Origin: Candidatus Heimdallarchaeum endolithica
Lineage (GTDB): Archaea; Asgardarchaeota; Heimdallarchaeia; Heimdallarchaeales; Heimdallarchaeaceae
Assembly (NCBI GenBank): GCA_021513715.1
Contig: CP084167.1
Location: 1,130,571 to 1,194,570 of the forward strand
Reading direction: 5' to 3'
Length of the DNA stretch: 64,000 bases
The notes beneath the pieces were generated by a model. That model worked only from the letters and a program-made list of their open reading frames with translations. It made no database searches and had not been told where the DNA came from. Below, piece by piece: positions 8,521-17,639 of this stretch. The position numbers and the translations under genes were made by a program. Position 1 is the stretch's first letter. Every line of letters begins with the position of its first letter.

Positions 8521-9900
8521 TTTACGAGCAATATTTCTTGCCCCTGTCAAATCGGAGTGGAAGGTGTAATTGCAAATGGGACAGTGTACTAACCCTCTAA
8601 CGGGACGAGAAACTTCTTTTCCACAACGGGAACAATGAGAAGATGTTCCTCTTTCGTCTAAAGTGAGAATGCGGTGAGATTCAAAACCTCTTAATATCAA
8701 TGCTCGACGGAGAAGACCAAGAACTAAAGAAAAATTCCACTGGTGAAGTTTTCTACGAAAATAACGAGTACTTTTTTCTTTTCCTTTTTCTTTATCTTTT
8801 CTAACATTTTTGGGGTAACCTACGACGACGAAAAGGTCATACACTTTTGCATAACTCTCTATTGTCCGCACAACGTCGTTTATAAATTGGTGAATATAGG
8901 ACCGTTTAACGTTTCTATATCTCCGACGGAGAAGACCGAGAAAACGATAAATTTGGTGTTTTTTACCCGACTGGTCATTTAAAGCCGCTTTCCTCTGAAG
9001 ACGGGAAAGTTTGAGTTTATATCTATGATTGATTCTATTCCACTGTTTGGTATGCCAGAATTTTATTTCTTTAATAGTTAATTTCTTTTTGGGAGTTAGT
9101 AACACTCCTGCTGCAGGAATGTTTATCCCTAGATCTATTCCCAGCACAGCTGGAGGAAGAGAAGAAGAACTTTCTTTTTCAGGAGGATAGAAAGAAGGAG
9201 GAGGAAGAACTTTCAATTGGAAATACACCCACCATTCACGTGTAGAACGTTTATATCTCAGTTCTAAACTTTTTATTTGTCCTTTCTTCAATTCTTTTTG
9301 ATGGAAAGTGCTCATCTCTAAAGGTAACCACAATCGTTGATGATACCTTGTCTTTCTTTTCCACGTGTCTAATGAGTCTCTTATTCCTACCCACCAACGA
9401 GAAATGGAGTTGTTTTTTTCTTTTGGTAAATTAGTAAGAATAAATCTTTTTTTATTGATTAGTTGTCTTCGGGGTCTCTTTTTTGGAGGACGAGTGGCTT
9501 CAGGTCTATATCCTTGCTCGTACAGTTGTACTGCTATATCTCTGCACTCTTGAAACTCATCGTGAGAACAATGGCGAAACATCTTTTTAAGGTCATGAGG
9601 AACAGTCTCTCTTCGCTCTTCTACTTTTTTTATCCTTGATGTTGTTAATGTTAGTTCATCTAACTTCCCTTTATGTACTCTTATTTCTCCGTTCTTTGTT
9701 TTCATACACAGTCTTCTTCTGTTGTGATGTATAATTTTTACATACTTTTCTATTATCCTCGTGTCTCTCCCTGTTATTCTCCTTAATCTTTCCTTTTTTC
9801 TCCTCGTCAAAACTTCATTCTTTATTCTAACTTTCAAAGTTTTGACTATCTTCTCCATCTTTTTTCCTCTTATTTTCCTTTTTCTTCTTCTTCTCTTCAT
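8398..9900 (-). CDS. tnpB: TnpB-like RNA-guided endonuclease of the IS200/IS605 (OMEGA) family.
   Basis: RuvC-I motif VLGIDLGINIPAAGV. C-terminal LTLDERGTSSHCSRCGKE...HCPICNYTFHSDLTGARNIARKF, which is a TSQxCSxCG-type zinc finger followed by the RuvC-III Asp. The N-terminal KTLKVRIKN segment is TnpB-like. It is richer in Arg and GC than its neighbours. Confidence 0.85.
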   Translation of the reverse strand: MKRRRRKRKIRGKKMEKIVKTLKVRIKNEVLTRRKKERLRRITGRDTRIIEKYVKIIHHNRRRLCMKTKNGEIRVHKGKLDELTLTTSRIKKVEERRETVPHDLKKMFRHCSHDEFQECRDIAVQLYEQGYRPEATRPPKKRPRRQLINKKRFILTNLPKEKNNSISRWWVGIRDSLDTWKRKTRYHQRLWLPLEMSTFHQKELKKGQIKSLELRYKRSTREWWVYFQLKVLPPPSFYPPEKESSSSLPPAVLGIDLGINIPAAGVLLTPKKKLTIKEIKFWHTKQWNRINHRYKLKLSRLQRKAALNDQSGKKHQIYRFLGLLRRRYRNVKRSYIHQFINDVVRTIESYAKVYDLFVVVGYPKNVRKDKEKGKEKSTRYFRRKLHQWNFSLVLGLLRRALILRGFESHRILTLDERGTSSHCSRCGKEVSRPVRGLVHCPICNYTFHSDLTGARNIARKFLSHLFRPRTTTITDYFTGQKFSLTHYTVCRGLSHWLQSQ

Positions 9901-9990
9901 TTATTTCTACTATTTTTTCTTATAAAAAGTCTCTTTTTTTTCTTTTTTTTAGTTTCTCATCCATACTCTCTATCCTAATGTTCGCAAAAA

Positions 9991-10665
9991 GTGAAACATG
10001 GAATTGATACAGCCTTATCAGTTGCTAAAGAAAAAAAACTTCAAGTTTTTCGACCATTTGAAACTAAAAAGTTTATCATTAGAGTTTTTGATTCTGAAAA
10101 GGTTGCCAGCGTTGTTAAACTTAAATTTTACGAGAAATTATTTTTCAAATTAAAAGAAAAAAATAAGAAAATAAAGAATAGTGCTAATCTCAGACAATTT
10201 AGAAAAGAAGATATTCCAATTTTATTTGATTTACTAGTAGATCTCACTAAAGATTATGAAGTATCAATAGAACCTAATTTTGAAGATTTTAAATGGGTAT
10301 TAGAACAACCAGCAACTAATTGTATAATTTATGAAAAAAGTGAAGAAATAAAGGGATTCATGCTTGCTTGGGAGTTCAAACTTGCAGATTTCGGAAATGC
10401 AATTCCTTTTGGTTGGATAGATATTATTCACATAAAAAATCTATCTACATCAGAAGCTACAGATTTGAGTCTGTATCTATCTGAAACGAGTAATGCAAAA
10501 GGATGGTTGGGATTACAATCCCCATACATTCCTTATTATAAGTCTAAACCTTTACAAAAAGCTAACTTTGTTTTTTTCCCCAAAAAACTAAGTTTTGACA
10601 TTATTTTACTTAGCAAAGTGAAAATACCTGGTAAGTTTAAAGCTGCTTACTTTGATTGGAGATGA
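9991..10665 (+). CDS. Hypothetical cytoplasmic protein.
   Basis: 224-aa ORF with no signal peptide and no motif I recognise. Confidence 0.4.
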   Translation: MKHGIDTALSVAKEKKLQVFRPFETKKFIIRVFDSEKVASVVKLKFYEKLFFKLKEKNKKIKNSANLRQFRKEDIPILFDLLVDLTKDYEVSIEPNFEDFKWVLEQPATNCIIYEKSEEIKGFMLAWEFKLADFGNAIPFGWIDIIHIKNLSTSEATDLSLYLSETSNAKGWLGLQSPYIPYYKSKPLQKANFVFFPKKLSFDIILLSKVKIPGKFKAAYFDWR

Positions 10666-10773
10666 ACACTCATTTGAAAGAGAATAGAAGGAACTAATGA
10701 AAAAAATAGAGGTTAAAGATTTACATTTTTTCCAAAGGTTTAAAAATAATAAATTGTAAGGGATAATAGAAAA

Positions 10774-11259
10774 ATGAAAAAGAAACAATTTCGATTAATA
10801 ATTGCTTTAATCATGCTAGCTTTTCTATCTATTCAGTTTGTACAAGGCTTAACTACAATTGAAGCTGATGAAGTAAAAGTTGATCTCCAAATTACAAATG
10901 CTTACTACTGTGATGCAGATTTTGATGGTGAAGAAGATGATGTTGTTTTACATTTTGAAACCAATATCACCTTTCTAGAAAATAAATATTTAGTAAAATT
11001 TTATCTAGAAATAGACTTGATTTTACCTTCTGGTATGCAGTTTAGTTATTTATATGAAATATATACCACAAGAACTTTTCTTAATTTTACAATGTTTTTC
11101 TACAATCATGCCTTAGAACCAGGAGACTATATAGGTATTGTAACGCTGCATTTATCTGATGATGGCGAATTTATATCTGGTACAGAACAGATTATTTTTG
11201 ACCCTCCAGGAAAAACAGATGATACAGACCCTCCAGCAACAGAACTCATTGTTGAATAG
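10774..11259 (+). CDS. Small secreted protein with an FYNHA...GDYI...FDPPG domain, paralog of 28002-28460.
   Basis: Signal peptide. Conserved AYY, FYNHA, GDYI and FDPPG blocks are shared with the ORF at 28002. Confidence 0.6.
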   Translation: MKKKQFRLIIALIMLAFLSIQFVQGLTTIEADEVKVDLQITNAYYCDADFDGEEDDVVLHFETNITFLENKYLVKFYLEIDLILPSGMQFSYLYEIYTTRTFLNFTMFFYNHALEPGDYIGIVTLHLSDDGEFISGTEQIIFDPPGKTDDTDPPATELIVE

Positions 11260-11274
11260 GTTAGAAACCTCTGG

Positions 11275-12375
11275 GTGACTACTGTGGATACTTTAGATTA
11301 TCTTATTCTCTTAGAATTATTAAACAATCCAACCATAACAGTAACTGAACTAGCCACAAAACTTAATAGTTCTCGTCCAACGGTTTCAAAATATCTTAAG
11401 AATCTAAAAGAAAAAGGGATTATTAGAAATACAATAGCTAACATATACCCAGAAAGATTGAATCTTACTGTAATAGATGTTTTATCATTTGTTTCTTCTT
11501 ATGAAAATTTACTTTTATTGGAAAAAGCTTGTGATGAACATCCTTACACATATTACAGATCTCGCATTTATGGAGGTAAATTTGGTTTATTTATAATATT
11601 TTACATTCCAATGGGTACAACTGCAAATATTGATGAATTCTTCAAAAAATTGCAAAAAGGTAATATCATTAATGATTACAGGATTTATGAGAGTAGTGGA
11701 GTTTCTTACAGTTCAAGATCGGATATAAGCAGGTTTAACATTGAGAAAAGTAAATGGGATTTTTCATGGGAAAAATGGATAAATTCAATTGAACAAGAAG
11801 ATGATAAAATTATTTTTGAGAAAATTGAACCAATTAATCTAAAAATCATTAAAAGGACACATTTTGAAATCTTACGGATGCTTACTGAAAACGCTTCAAT
11901 AAAACAAAATGAAATATCAAAAAGACTTAATTTAAGTAAAACAGAAACACATCGCCAATATAATTTTGTTCTTGAAAAGTTTGTCAAAGAAATAATTCAA
12001 ACTTTCAATAGAGATAATTTTTTCCTAACTGAAACATTTCTGATAATTGCTCATGACATTTCATTAGAGAAACAAGGAAAATTAATTAACAAAATGAAAA
12101 ATGACCCTCCTCCATTCTATGGCAGCTTGTCTATTCTAAAGGGTGGTAAATTTAGGTTCTGGGCAAATATGAGTATAGATCAAGCTGGTACATTCATCTT
12201 TTCATTATTTAAAATTTTTAACAATATTGAAGTATTTACTCTAAATACAAGAAAAAAGAGAAGTGCATCATACTATTTTTATCCGGAAAATTTCGATTTC
12301 AACATCAAGAAGTGGAAAGACTCAAAAAGTTACATGATAAAAGAACCTTTAGAAAGGCTTAATTTAATAATTTAA
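11275..12375 (+). CDS. Transcriptional regulator with two Lrp/AsnC-type HTH units, paralog of 28511-29656.
   Basis: HTH 1 is LDYLILLELLNNPTITVTELATKLNSSRPTVSKYLKNLKEKGII. HTH 2 is HFEILRMLTENASIKQNEISKRLNLSKTETHRQ. Confidence 0.6.
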   Translation: MTTVDTLDYLILLELLNNPTITVTELATKLNSSRPTVSKYLKNLKEKGIIRNTIANIYPERLNLTVIDVLSFVSSYENLLLLEKACDEHPYTYYRSRIYGGKFGLFIIFYIPMGTTANIDEFFKKLQKGNIINDYRIYESSGVSYSSRSDISRFNIEKSKWDFSWEKWINSIEQEDDKIIFEKIEPINLKIIKRTHFEILRMLTENASIKQNEISKRLNLSKTETHRQYNFVLEKFVKEIIQTFNRDNFFLTETFLIIAHDISLEKQGKLINKMKNDPPPFYGSLSILKGGKFRFWANMSIDQAGTFIFSLFKIFNNIEVFTLNTRKKRSASYYFYPENFDFNIKKWKDSKSYMIKEPLERLNLII

Positions 12376-12573
12376 CTTAAATATCTTAAAAACCCCTTAT
12401 AGGATTTTGTGCTTTAATTTTTTATCAATTTTTTGTTTTAAATGATTAACTATAATTTCTATGTTGGTCCAGTCTTCTAACTCTTAGCATTTTATGAACA
12501 AGTTACTTCAATTTTTAGTTTTTTTGGAACTTTTGAAAAAAATTTATAAGGGTTCTTTTACATTTGTTCAATA

Positions 12574-12864
12574 ATGACTTATCAGCTAATTAGTAAGAAA
12601 ATGATTGAGAGAATAATGGAAAAAAGCAAATTTGAAAGAATTGTTCCAGCAGAGAGCAAAAAAGAAGAAGTTGAATTTGTAGAAAAAATGTATTGTCCAA
12701 TGTGTAAAACAAGTCATTATTGTAATATCATTTATGAAAAAAAGAAAGAGGAGGAAAACCAAACCTATAATTTAACTATCATAAGGTGCAACTACTGTTT
12801 TGCAGTTTTTCCTTTAAAATTTTATAAAGAAGAACAACTCAATAGATTTAAAAAACAGGATTAA
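12574..12864 (+). CDS. Small zinc-ribbon protein (CPMC ... CNYC).
   Basis: Two CxxC pairs. Paralog of the convergent ORF at 12899-13156. Confidence 0.5.
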   Translation: MTYQLISKKMIERIMEKSKFERIVPAESKKEEVEFVEKMYCPMCKTSHYCNIIYEKKKEEENQTYNLTIIRCNYCFAVFPLKFYKEEQLNRFKKQD

Positions 12865-12898
12865 AGATCGAATTTAATGATTTAATCAACTTGATTTA

Positions 12899-13156
12899 CT
12901 AAAATGAATATGTTTTTAGCTTTTCAATTGAGTCTATTTGTTTTTCATCAAAGAAGGTTACTTCATACATTTTATCGCAATTTTCGCAACGTAGCGTATA
13001 TACAATAAAAGTAATATTTTTTTCTTTTAGTTCAGATTTAGAAACTATATCTTTCTTACTAGATAGTTTACAAACAGGGCAAAACATGTGATCAATAAAT
13101 TCTTCCTTTTCATTATCTGTTGAATAGGGAATAGGAAACTTTGTCTGTTGCATCAA
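12899..13156 (-). CDS. Small zinc-ribbon protein (CPVC ... CENC).
   Basis: Two CxxC pairs. Shares the pattern M[FY]CP[MV]CK...[RI]C[EN][NY]C...F..K...EQ[IL] with 12574-12864. Confidence 0.5.
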   Translation of the reverse strand: MMQQTKFPIPYSTDNEKEEFIDHMFCPVCKLSSKKDIVSKSELKEKNITFIVYTLRCENCDKMYEVTFFDEKQIDSIEKLKTYSF

Positions 13157-13419
13157 GTTATTTTTTTTGCTAGATTTTTATAAAGTTTGTCATGCACAAA
13201 AATTGAAAAAATAGTAATAGAAATCATATTTTTGTGCGAAAATTAGATCGTTTCATAGTTTTGTAATACATTTTTAACCATTAAAAATGCTATTTTTATT
13301 AAAATATTTTTTAAAAGGATATATAACTGACTAATTAATATTGAATTGTAATACATTTTTTCTTTTGTATTACTTCCCTACAAAGATTAAATAATGAAAA
13401 AGAATAAGAAACTAAGCCT

Positions 13420-14313
13420 TTAAACTTTCTTTTCTGTAATTTTTACTTCTCTTGTATCAGTATTGTATTTTATTACTCCCAGTTCTTGCATTGCTAGAAT
13501 TTCTGATTTTATTTTCACAGCAGGGGAGTCTATTTCTTTTGCAATGTCATCTATATTTGATGTTTTTGGGTATTTTTCTAGTAAGTAAAGATATATTTTT
13601 CCTTGTAAACTTTCATCTAGCAATTTTCTGATGTGAGTATTTTGTGCGATTACAGGCTCCATATTATCTTTATATTCTTTATATTCTTTTTCTACTGCTT
13701 TTAGTTTTTCGTTTAGTTCTTTCTTTTCTACTTTTAGTTTTTCTATTTTTGAAGTAAGGTCATCTTTTTTGTCTTTTAATGAACCTAGTTGCTCTTTTAG
13801 TTTTGTTAATTCATCTTCTAGTTGCTTTAATCGTTCTTCTTTTTCTTCTAGTCTTATTGTTAATTCACTATTCTTTTCTTTCAGTTCTTGTATCTCTAAA
13901 TCTTTTTCTTCTCTAATTTGCTTTTCTTCTTTAAGATTTAATTTAAACTTTTCAAACAACTTATTTACTTCACTAATCTTTTTCTCTAGATTTTCAATTT
14001 GCTTATCTTTTTCATCTATTCTTTCCTTTATGATCAATAACGCTTTTTTTGAATCTTCTATTTCTTTAGATAGACTTGATAGCTGTTTTGTCTTCAAGTT
14101 TGATAGTTGTGTGTTAATATTTTTAGCTTCCTTTTCTGAATTTTCAATTTTCTTTATTATTTCTTTATTCTGAGTTATTCTTCCCTCTTTTTCATCAGTT
14201 AACATTTTTTCTATCAAACTTGTTTTTTTTACTAAATCATCAATTACCTTCACAAGGTATTCCAAATTTACTTTGTCTTTACCTGAATACTCCTCAATGC
14301 TCATAATCTTCAC
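13420..14313 (-). CDS. Coiled-coil protein with a C-terminal winged-helix-like domain.
   Basis: About 200 aa of Lys/Glu heptad-like repeats, then YLYLLEKYPKTSNIDDIAKEIDSPAVKIKSEILAMQELGVIKY. Confidence 0.5.
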   Translation of the reverse strand: MKIMSIEEYSGKDKVNLEYLVKVIDDLVKKTSLIEKMLTDEKEGRITQNKEIIKKIENSEKEAKNINTQLSNLKTKQLSSLSKEIEDSKKALLIIKERIDEKDKQIENLEKKISEVNKLFEKFKLNLKEEKQIREEKDLEIQELKEKNSELTIRLEEKEERLKQLEDELTKLKEQLGSLKDKKDDLTSKIEKLKVEKKELNEKLKAVEKEYKEYKDNMEPVIAQNTHIRKLLDESLQGKIYLYLLEKYPKTSNIDDIAKEIDSPAVKIKSEILAMQELGVIKYNTDTREVKITEKKV

Positions 14314-14363
14314 AACTAATTATATTCTACTAAAATTTAAAAAAGGTTTTGCTGTCTTTTTTA

Positions 14364-15224
14364 TTATTTTTCAGTTAGAATTGAGTAATACTCTATTCTT
14401 CTATCTTTAAACAAGTTATTTCTTTCATTTATCCACTTGTTTTTTGCTATTTCAGGGTCTATATCAACAGTTTTTAGTTCAACTGTATCTTTTCCTGCTT
14501 TCGCTAGAGTTTCCATTTTTGGTGATGTGATCTGACTTTGTCCTGTAAAATTTAAGCTAATTTCATCATTTTTTTCTACTCCTATTCTATTTGCTGTTAT
14601 TGTATAAACAGCATTTTCTACTGATCGAGCTAGCATTGCTGTTTGACTATAAGGTAAAACAAGATTTGCAGAATGACATATGATTTCAGCTCCTTTTAAA
14701 GCCAGTATTCTAGTTGTTTCTGGAAAAATCCAATCAAAGCATATCATCAATCCTACTTTAGCTTTCCCTATGTCGTAAATTTCCAGTGGTTTATTTCCTG
14801 GTTCAAAAAACAATTTTTCTCTGTCAAACAGATGTAATTTTCTATAAGTTGAGATATATCCTTCTGGCCCTATTAAAACAGAAGAATTAAAGAAAGTTGA
14901 ACCTTTTTTTTCTGCGACACCAGAAACCACATAAGCATTTTTGTTTTTGCAAATATCTTCTAAATGAAAAATAAACACTCCTTTTGGTATTTCTTCTGCT
15001 ACTTTCCTTAACTCTTCCTTATTTTTAAAAACGTAACCTGAGTTTGCTAACTCTGGTAAGACTAATAAATCAAAATTTTGAGTTTTTTCTAATTCTGATA
15101 TAATCAGATTAATATTCTCTTCTACTTCTAGAAATTTTGGTTCAAATTGAAAGAAACCAATTTTCATACTAAAAAGACTAATTAGTATTTTTAAAGTGTT
15201 ACTTTCAGATTTATTCTTTAGCAT
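14364..15224 (-). CDS. Carbon-nitrogen hydrolase (nitrilase superfamily).
   Basis: Catalytic Cys context GLMICFDWIFPE. Glu and Lys of the triad are plausible (LPELANSGY ... YRKLHLF). Confidence 0.7.
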   Translation of the reverse strand: MLKNKSESNTLKILISLFSMKIGFFQFEPKFLEVEENINLIISELEKTQNFDLLVLPELANSGYVFKNKEELRKVAEEIPKGVFIFHLEDICKNKNAYVVSGVAEKKGSTFFNSSVLIGPEGYISTYRKLHLFDREKLFFEPGNKPLEIYDIGKAKVGLMICFDWIFPETTRILALKGAEIICHSANLVLPYSQTAMLARSVENAVYTITANRIGVEKNDEISLNFTGQSQITSPKMETLAKAGKDTVELKTVDIDPEIAKNKWINERNNLFKDRRIEYYSILTEK

Positions 15225-15867
15225 TCAGTTTTTTTATTAAAGATACTATTTCCTCGATAGATTCAATAATAAAGTCAGGTTCTTTTTCAACAGCCTCTTC
15301 GTACATTGTTGTTCCATATTTTGCTAAAACGCTTCTAACCTTCGCTTCTTTTGCACTAACAATGTCAAAGGCAGTATCACCTACCATTAAAGCTTCTTCT
15401 GGTTTGCAATCAAATTCTGAAAGTAATTCCTTGATTGCAGGAGCTTTAGAATGATCTAGTGTTCCTATAGCTTTATCTATAAGATCACCTATCGAATAGT
15501 AATTAATCCACTCAATTAACCTTTTTTGGTTTTTTCTTGACACAATTGCTATTTTACATATTTCTCTTACTTGCTTTAGAGTTTCTTTCACTCCCGGATA
15601 GAGTTTACGCATAAGCTTATATTTTACTGTTAATTCTTGATAAATTTTAGAAGCGTTATCAAGTATGCTCTTTTCTTCTGTTTGCAACAAATGTCTAAAA
15701 TCATCTATTTGATCAGTATTTCCCCCTCTTTTATCAAATTCTGAAATAGAAATATTTTTTCCAGATATTTTTTTTATTGTTTCTTGCATTTGTAAAGCGT
15801 ATGCTCTTTTTGAATCAGAAATTACTCCATCAAAATCAAAAATAACAACTTTAATCATCTTAATCAA
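15211..15867 (-). CDS. HAD-superfamily hydrolase.
   Basis: Motif I VVIFDFDGVISDS. Motif IV-like MVGDTAFD. Confidence 0.7.
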   Translation of the reverse strand: MIKMIKVVIFDFDGVISDSKRAYALQMQETIKKISGKNISISEFDKRGGNTDQIDDFRHLLQTEEKSILDNASKIYQELTVKYKLMRKLYPGVKETLKQVREICKIAIVSRKNQKRLIEWINYYSIGDLIDKAIGTLDHSKAPAIKELLSEFDCKPEEALMVGDTAFDIVSAKEAKVRSVLAKYGTTMYEEAVEKEPDFIIESIEEIVSLIKKLNAKE

Positions 15868-15937
15868 AAAAACTATTTAAATTTATAAACTATATTTTAA
15901 TACTATTTTTTTTATTTTTCTTGATTACCCACGAGTT

Positions 15938-16675
15938 TTAGTTTTCTTGTTCTTGTTCCTTTTCTTGTTCTTGTTCCTTTTCTTGTTCTTGTTCCTTTTC
16001 TTGTTCTTGTTCCTTTTCTTTGTCTTTCATCCATTCAGGAGTTTCATTTAATCTTGCTTTCCAATCAAATTCTTGAAATCCAGTCATTCTTTTTTCCATT
16101 TTAGAGGCTACTGCAGATTCTATTTGATGAAATCCGTCATAGAATTCATCTATTTTTTTTACTCTTTCTTTTTGTTTTATTCTTTCTTGTGCTCTTTTTT
16201 CAAAATCAAATAAATAAGCGATGTAGCTAAAAAGTCCCATCTTTTTATCTCTAAGGTGTCTTTTTATTAAATAAAGGATGGAGGCTAACATTAAAGCTCC
16301 AGTAACAAAAAATATCCCAATTAAGATTTGTGAAGACCATTGAGTTCCGAAAAAGGTTAGATATATACTAACAGGTAAATATGTTGCAGCCATAACAATA
16401 ATAGGTATTGCAACAAAAATATACAAGAGTTCATTAATTGCACTAGCTATGGCATATCCTCTTCCTGTTAAAAACCGTATCATAACACCTGAAAAGAATG
16501 TTCCTGCGAGTATAGCTATAATAACAAATCCAATTATTTTAAAAAGAGGATTTCCTGAAACAAAACCTAATATTACTGATGCTGTTAAAACTACACCTAA
16601 AATAATATTTTGAACTATATTCTTACGGTCGATGAATTTTTTTCTTTTTGGCACATAATGACCCATTTTCCTCAA
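15938..16675 (-). CDS. Membrane protein with 4-5 TM segments and a C-terminal (KEQEQE)n low-complexity tail.
   Basis: Hydrophobic segments. The tail is KEKEQEQEKEQEQEKEQEQEKEQEQEN. Confidence 0.5.
   Translation of the reverse strand: MRKMGHYVPKRKKFIDRKNIVQNIILGVVLTASVILGFVSGNPLFKIIGFVIIAILAGTFFSGVMIRFLTGRGYAIASAINELLYIFVAIPIIVMAATYLPVSIYLTFFGTQWSSQILIGIFFVTGALMLASILYLIKRHLRDKKMGLFSYIAYLFDFEKRAQERIKQKERVKKIDEFYDGFHQIESAVASKMEKRMTGFQEFDWKARLNETPEWMKDKEKEQEQEKEQEQEKEQEQEKEQEQEN
15943..16014. repeat. Four copies of an 18-bp tandem repeat (tttcttgttcttgttcct) lying in frame within coding sequence.
   Basis: Four perfect units plus a partial fifth. They encode the (EKEQEQ) tail on the minus strand. 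Confidence 0.85.
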
Positions 16676-16812
16676 CCCTCAAAAATTTTAAACATTTAAA
16701 GAGTTTTGTATAGGAATAAAAAATCTGTATTTACCCTATTATAACAGAGTAATTTTAGAAAAAGAAAAAGTATAAACATTTTTCTTTCCTCTAATTTCGA
16801 TATTTATTTTAC

Positions 16813-17493
16813 TTAAGATAGCTTTGCTCCGCAATTTGTACAGAACATTGCATTTTCCTCGTTTGTTGCACCGCAATTTGTACAATACTTTGATGGCGTA
16901 ACTGGTTGCTGATAAGTCTGATGTACTGTTGAAGATGTATCATAACTACTATATTGTGGAGGTGGTGCATATTTTGCTGGAGTCTGTTTACTACGTTTTA
17001 CTATAATTAAGACTACCAATCCAACAACTGCTGCAATGATAATAACCCAAACAATCCAATTAGAAGAAGTATTAGTAACTTCATAGGTAAATCTAATTAT
17101 AGCATAGGAAATATTAGCATCTACACCTTCAGAATTAGTATTATCAAAAGCAAAATCATATGATCTTTTTTCATCTAAAACAAAACTTAGTGTAGTAACC
17201 AACACATTATAATTTACATAATAAACATCTATTTCTTCTCCATCTGCATAATTTTCTGCATCACCCTCATCAGATACAAAAAACAATAGAGTTTGATCAC
17301 TACTTATTTCAAGAGTTACTTCTGTTTGCTCTGCAGGGGTTTTTTCACTAAAGTAATAAACATACCCCCATTCAAAAATGATGTCATATTCTTCCAATAC
17401 TGTTTCAGTTGTTGTTTCTCCTTTTACTAGAAAAGAGAAAGAACTAAACAATAATGCAATAAACAAAAAAACTATGAATGATTTTTTTTTCAT
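16813..17493 (-). CDS. Secreted, single-pass membrane protein with a C-terminal cytoplasmic double zinc ribbon.
   Basis: Signal peptide, one TM segment, and a C-terminal CTNCGATNEENAMFCTNCGAKLS. Confidence 0.55.
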   Translation of the reverse strand: MKKKSFIVFLFIALLFSSFSFLVKGETTTETVLEEYDIIFEWGYVYYFSEKTPAEQTEVTLEISSDQTLLFFVSDEGDAENYADGEEIDVYYVNYNVLVTTLSFVLDEKRSYDFAFDNTNSEGVDANISYAIIRFTYEVTNTSSNWIVWVIIIAAVVGLVVLIIVKRSKQTPAKYAPPPQYSSYDTSSTVHQTYQQPVTPSKYCTNCGATNEENAMFCTNCGAKLS

Positions 17494-17639
17494 TATCTTT
17501 CCTCTTACTCTATTTAATTTTAGAAGTTTCAGTATTTAAAGTGTAAATATTGTTTATAAACTGTTTCATTTAATATGATAAAAATAAGTATAAAAGTTTT
17601 TTAAAAAAACTAAAAAAAATAAAAGAAAAAGATAATACT

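Noticed and set aside
8743-8982. Two plus-strand ORFs, at 8743-8982 and 9365-9553, lying inside tnpB.
   Set aside because: They are antisense to a well-supported TnpB reading frame, low-complexity, and have no motifs.
13769-14173. 134-aa Ser/Phe-rich plus-strand ORF.
   Set aside because: It is antisense to the coiled-coil gene and reflects a codon-periodicity artifact of Lys/Glu repeats.
15943-16014. The tandem 18-bp repeats, considered as a possible CRISPR array.
   Set aside because: There are no spacers. Units are directly abutting and in frame within a CDS, so this is a coding low-complexity repeat.
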